A stretch of DNA of 59,768 bases, filler included. It is 4 parts of 4 records of this genome, joined end to end, with 100 filler letters (N's around TTAATTAATTAA, not from the genome) between each part and the next. Parts side by side here need not be neighbours in the genome. Positions count along the whole stretch, not along the records: positions 48,204 to 59,768 come from SRR20825019_2177; 3 more parts are not named here. One strand, given 5' to 3'. The notes under the pieces were generated by a model. That model saw nothing but the letters and a program-made list of their open reading frames with translations. It made no database searches and was not told the origin of the DNA. Position numbers and translations under genes: made by a program. Positions 55,472 through 59,768 of this stretch are shown here, in pieces (the first letter of the stretch is position 1; every line of letters starts with the position of its first letter).

Positions 55472-58400
55472 TCAGTCCAAGAGATCCACACCATCGTCAT
55501 CCTCGAAATCATCGTCGAAGTCATCCTCGATCACATCTTCTACCGGGTCCGCCTGATCGTCCCCCGCATCATCACGGTTGTTCTTCTCTGCTGCTGCCTC
55601 ACTGGCACTCTTCTGTACAGATTCACCATCTTCACCATATCCTCCGTTATCCTCTTTTTCGTCACGATGCCCTGTAGAAACAGCTTCACTTTCGCCATCA
55701 ATACCGTTGCCTTGATAGTTTCCATCCTCCGCAGTTCCATGACTTGAACCTTTACCACCCATGTCCACCACATCCTCCGAATTAGATACTTCCATGATTC
55801 TTTCCACATTACTAATGTCACGACTCGAAGATTGTATGGGCTCGCCTTGGCATTCATCTTCTCCACCACGGTGCTCGCTCAAACTTGCGGACTGGGCCAT
55901 ACTGTAGAGCGGAGACTTGTAACCGATCGCATTGTCATCATCGTCACTATCTGGCATTGCATCCCCATGATCGGACCCATTGTCGGCGTAGGTGTTGTCA
56001 GCATAGGTATTTTCATTTTCGTCTTCCTTGGCAACGTTTTCTTGGCTTCGGACTGATGTCATGCTCGCCCCGACACCACCTGCTTCACTGCCCACCGACC
56101 AATCAGGTAGCATTTCGGTATCCCCGCCGGTCATGTGACGAGAATGAGCATTGGGTGTCAGAGCTACAGTTTCCATTCCACCAATAGGCTGTGAGGTCTC
56201 ATTCTCCTCTTCACCGACTACGGTTTTGCTGGTGAATTCAGAGTTTCTGCCTCTATCGCTTGTTCTCCCAATAGATTCACCACTTTCAGGCATCACTACG
56301 GGTTCCTCTTCAACAACTTCTTTGGATACCTCAATATTGTCTTCATTCAGGGGTTCTTTTTCCTCAACAATACCATTGGACGCCTCAAAATTATCCAAGT
56401 TTTCATTGTCTGCGACATTTCCATCATCTCCATGGTTGCTTTCCGATTGCCCTGCTGAATCGATTGGAACAAATTGCTCGGATACGGGACCGTTGTCGCC
56501 AGCGGGGTCGTTGTTGAATTTCTCATTGTCACCACCGGTAGAATATCCAGTGGCTGATACATTCTCCTCGTTCTCGCCACCATGCTCAACCGTGGTATCT
56601 TCGTGTAATGCAAGCTCGGCAATCAAATCCTCCGGAGCGGTCCCAGGACCCGACACTGTCAAATTGCGTAAGTGAGAAGGTCTGCGTTTGTCATTGCGCG
56701 ACGTCTCATCCGCTCCATCGGACCTCCCTTGAGAGGCACTTTCAACAGATTGGTTATTGGCACACAACCTGATTCTGCCACCATCCTTGTAGTATATATC
56801 AGTGGCATCTTCATCTCTACCCTCGATCATGTGGACGACTATAGCGTTCTCTGCCACCTTCTTCGCCACTCCGCGCAACCAATTTTCATCTTGCAAGACC
56901 TCAACCTCCCCTCCAACCACGTAGCCATCGGCGTGTGCTTGCTCCGGATTCTCGATGTTGGCTGCGCTCCTATCCCCTTCTGTCCGTGCAGACTCGGGCT
57001 CCACCTGCTCCATTGTCGCTTGAGTTGGATCATTCGCCTCTACAGCATTGTCCGACCCTTCTAGCTTTCCCTTTTCGTATTCGTCATTATTCTGCTGCAT
57101 AATCTCAAACTCAGCGCTTGGAGAGAGATCCACACTATCTCCAAGTAGGTCCTCGGGCATCTCTACATCAGCTGCAGGTTCACTATTGGTGCCCCCTGCA
57201 CCAACTTCGACTGTATGTGTCGCCATTTCAACTTCAGCCCCGGTTAAGAAGAACGTCTCCTTAGCAGCAGACTCGCTCATTCCCACTGGAGTAGGTTCCT
57301 CTTCATTCTCTTCTTCATCCTCCTCTATGATATTTTCAAAGAGTGCATCAAGCCCTTCAACATATAATTGCAATCGCTTCACCATTCTGCCCTTCTGGGG
57401 ACCTGTTTCGTTAGCCTTAATTACAGGTTCAGCTGTTTGCGCATATTCCTTCAGCGCATCCTTCTTTCTTCGAGCATCAGATACCAGTCCTTCATCTTTC
57501 GCCATGATCATATCTCGTGCCATATCACAGGAGCTCACGAGCACTTGATAAAGGGTTGCAGATGAGGCCATTATTGTCTTGAACTTGAAATGCTCCACTT
57601 CATCTCCCACCACAAATCCAATCACTTGTCCCAGATACTCAAGACAGGACTGCCGCTCAACAGCTGTGGGGAGCTCGAGGGCAGCCGCAATATTCTCAAG
57701 AGTCTTTACGAAGACCTCAATCCAATCAATCAGTTCCTCATCATCTGACTCGGGGGGTGGAGTGCCTGCCAACTGTGAGGAAACCTCCATCAGTTGATCA
57801 TCATCCAAGTCATCGAGATCCACTGTTCCCTCTTGTATTGCTTCCTTGTCAATGACCACTTCCCTTTCAATAGCCGCCTCGAATGGAAGTGTGTCAGGGT
57901 TTGCTGGGGGCTCGGCAATCGAAACTTTTGTCTTAGCCGGGGGATCCGGTCGTGATTTCACCGTGTACACCTTCCGCTTCTTTTCGTGGCGCTTTTGAGG
58001 ATCAGGTGATACGGATTTTGCTTTTCTTCGTTGTGCTTTCTCCTCTGCAATTCGCAATTTTTCTAGACGCTCCTTGCGTTCCCGAGCTCGCTGCCTCACT
58101 CGATTCTCCCTATTGACAAATTCTTGTGCTGCTTTCACATTTTTCATAAGTTCCGCAATTTGCGTGTCCTTCGCGTGAACAGCACTGTTGTGCTTTTTGG
58201 TTACTTCACGCTGCACCTTTTCCATCGCCATAAGTGTTTCGGTTAAGTTGGATATTGTTTTCTTTTGATCCTGTAGCCGCCCCTGAAGTTCCTCTCGGGT
58301 ACCAGGAGCATCCTTCAACTCTTCCTGCATCTCGACCATGCGGTCAAACACAATTTCCACACATCTGTCTTCAGCGTCATCTCGTTCCTCCTGGACCTCA

Positions 58401-59308
58401 TCAGGCATGTCCATGTCGCGGGTACGATTGACCTCATCGCCTTCTTCAATGATGCCTCCTCGAGGAGAAACGGGACGCGACACTAACGCAAATGCCCTCA
58501 AGCTCTCAATCTCATGCTTTGCACAAACAAGCAGCTTATTATGAACTCTATTCTTCTTTTCCAGAATTGTGAGGGCTTGGCGAGCCTTCCTCCTTTCGCT
58601 CTTTGCGTTTCCCAATTCCTCGTGAAGTTGGTGTATCTGGTTCCGAAGGTAATCTATATCCCGCTTGTTATCATGGGCTTTCATGGCTTCCAGCGACGTG
58701 TCGAGACGATTGTACACTTTCTCCAAACCCTTCTTTTCTGTCAAAAGCTTCTTCCGCTTTCTTTTGATCTCTGCGTACTTGTTCTTGACCTCATTGCCCA
58801 TGGCCATATCTGTGGATAAATTGAACAGTCGCGACTGCAGTGCTGAATTCTCTCCTTTAAGCCGGCTCATTACATTCATTACTTTCTCTATCCACTTGTC
58901 CTTCATTTGCACGTCAGCCTGCAACTCAAGCTTCCTCTTCACCATGTTTTCGTGGTCCTCTTCGTTGAAGGAAGATTCTGTACTAGCACCCTTGGGTGCC
59001 ACAGAGTTTAGTATACGTTCCAGCTTCTGCTTAGATTTCAGTAACTCCTTGTTACTTCCCTCAAGCTTTTTCTTCAACTCATCAAGATGATCCAATACGT
59101 ATCCCAACTTGGAGTTATTGGTTTCGGCCTTCGATATATCCAACTCACCATACTCCCCCAATTTCACTCCGCTTTTACTCACCCCGACAGTCATAGAACT
59201 CTTGTCATACCCCAAGCTCTGAGAACTCTTGTTGCCCTTATCGTGTATGTCCGGAAAGAAAGACACGGATCGAGTTCCGCCGACCTCTTCATATGAAGAG
59301 TCTCCCAT
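55472..59308 (-). CDS. Large intronless coiled-coil protein with acidic disordered C-terminus (about 1278 aa), function unknown
   Basis: Continuous ORF; heptad-rich N-terminal about 430 aa; D/E-rich tail; first ATG at 59308 (MGDSSYEE). Confidence 0.8.
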   Translation of the reverse strand: MGDSSYEEVGGTRSVSFFPDIHDKGNKSSQSLGYDKSSMTVGVSKSGVKLGEYGELDISKAETNNSKLGYVLDHLDELKKKLEGSNKELLKSKQKLERILNSVAPKGASTESSFNEEDHENMVKRKLELQADVQMKDKWIEKVMNVMSRLKGENSALQSRLFNLSTDMAMGNEVKNKYAEIKRKRKKLLTEKKGLEKVYNRLDTSLEAMKAHDNKRDIDYLRNQIHQLHEELGNAKSERRKARQALTILEKKNRVHNKLLVCAKHEIESLRAFALVSRPVSPRGGIIEEGDEVNRTRDMDMPDEVQEERDDAEDRCVEIVFDRMVEMQEELKDAPGTREELQGRLQDQKKTISNLTETLMAMEKVQREVTKKHNSAVHAKDTQIAELMKNVKAAQEFVNRENRVRQRARERKERLEKLRIAEEKAQRRKAKSVSPDPQKRHEKKRKVYTVKSRPDPPAKTKVSIAEPPANPDTLPFEAAIEREVVIDKEAIQEGTVDLDDLDDDQLMEVSSQLAGTPPPESDDEELIDWIEVFVKTLENIAAALELPTAVERQSCLEYLGQVIGFVVGDEVEHFKFKTIMASSATLYQVLVSSCDMARDMIMAKDEGLVSDARRKKDALKEYAQTAEPVIKANETGPQKGRMVKRLQLYVEGLDALFENIIEEDEEENEEEPTPVGMSESAAKETFFLTGAEVEMATHTVEVGAGGTNSEPAADVEMPEDLLGDSVDLSPSAEFEIMQQNNDEYEKGKLEGSDNAVEANDPTQATMEQVEPESARTEGDRSAANIENPEQAHADGYVVGGEVEVLQDENWLRGVAKKVAENAIVVHMIEGRDEDATDIYYKDGGRIRLCANNQSVESASQGRSDGADETSRNDKRRPSHLRNLTVSGPGTAPEDLIAELALHEDTTVEHGGENEENVSATGYSTGGDNEKFNNDPAGDNGPVSEQFVPIDSAGQSESNHGDDGNVADNENLDNFEASNGIVEEKEPLNEDNIEVSKEVVEEEPVVMPESGESIGRTSDRGRNSEFTSKTVVGEEENETSQPIGGMETVALTPNAHSRHMTGGDTEMLPDWSVGSEAGGVGASMTSVRSQENVAKEDENENTYADNTYADNGSDHGDAMPDSDDDDNAIGYKSPLYSMAQSASLSEHRGGEDECQGEPIQSSSRDISNVERIMEVSNSEDVVDMGGKGSSHGTAEDGNYQGNGIDGESEAVSTGHRDEKEDNGGYGEDGESVQKSASEAAAEKNNRDDAGDDQADPVEDVIEDDFDDDFEDDDGVDLLD

Positions 59309-59768
59309 GTTGAAGATACTTATCACAGCCGAATTGCTGGCAGATGCGGCTTCAGCACCCGGCGTTTTCTATCAATACTTATTTCCTCGAGTACCACTGA
59401 GTAGTAAGTAAACTATACATATACGTGTTGCTTATGTTGCCCCTGGAGGGGGGAGTCTCGTTTAGTCGGTGACAAGTCCGCGAGACCCCGGGCCGAGGTA
59501 GTTGAAGAGAGGATCGTTGAGGTCCTTGGGTGCGGCCTTCGTCACCGACCTGAAACCTGGGGCGCTCCGGCCGGGTGGGCGCGTTACTGAGCCAACTTCA
59601 AGTTGCTCCCTGACAACAGCCGGGTGGCAGAGGATGACTCACTGAGGGGCCCGGCCGGCCCTTGCGTCCGCATCGCCAGCCTCATGTCAGTGACGGTGCC
59701 GGCGGGGTAGAGGTTTTAGTGCAATACGGCGGCCCGCTCCGCCACGCCCCCCCCCCCCCCCCCCCCCC

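Noticed and set aside
1-59768. tRNA, rRNA, CRISPR arrays, transposases, introner-type repeated introns, alternative genetic code
   Set aside because: None detected by eye: GGTTCGA hits lack cloverleaf context, introns do not share sequence, and in-frame stops are explained by canonical introns.

Overview
The window is four contigs joined by artificial 100-nt linkers (N44-TTAATTAATTAA-N44 at 25854-25953, 38112-38211 and 48104-48203). Contigs 1, 2 and 4 come from a compact-genome, probably flagellated microbial eukaryote with mostly 44-60 nt GT-AG introns. I reconstruct 19 genes there: an EF-hand protein, AGTRAP-like, Mps1/TTK, DGAT1-type MBOAT, PX-BAR sorting nexin, a PYG-motif ciliary protein, a UVRAG-ankyrin-pseudokinase fusion, class I sirtuin, TIP41, PET117-like, a mitochondrion-targeted DUF4241-like protein, CCDC17-like, Mei2-like, MED18, SDA1, MRE11 and three unknowns. 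There is also a box C/D snoRNA in the SDA1 intron. Contig 3 (38212-48103) is bacterial, of Rhizobiales-type Alphaproteobacteria: ispA-mtgA-rpmF-ACT-phaR-phaAB-helicase-S4-fdxA. It is most simply a co-binned contaminant. Main observations: (1) all 16 adjacent eukaryotic gene pairs switch strand, with divergent pairs sharing GC islands carrying a TCACTGA motif and convergent stops only 36-281 nt apart; (2) a UVRAG/Vps38 protein fused to ankyrin repeats and a pseudokinase; (3) a bacterial intergenic region with co-oriented DnaA boxes and 11-bp-phased GANTC repeats; (4) an intronic snR61/U38-type snoRNA; (5) a bacterial-type DUF4241-like gene with introns and a mitochondrial presequence. All family calls come from motif recognition by eye, not from database searches. 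Exon boundaries are manual predictions.
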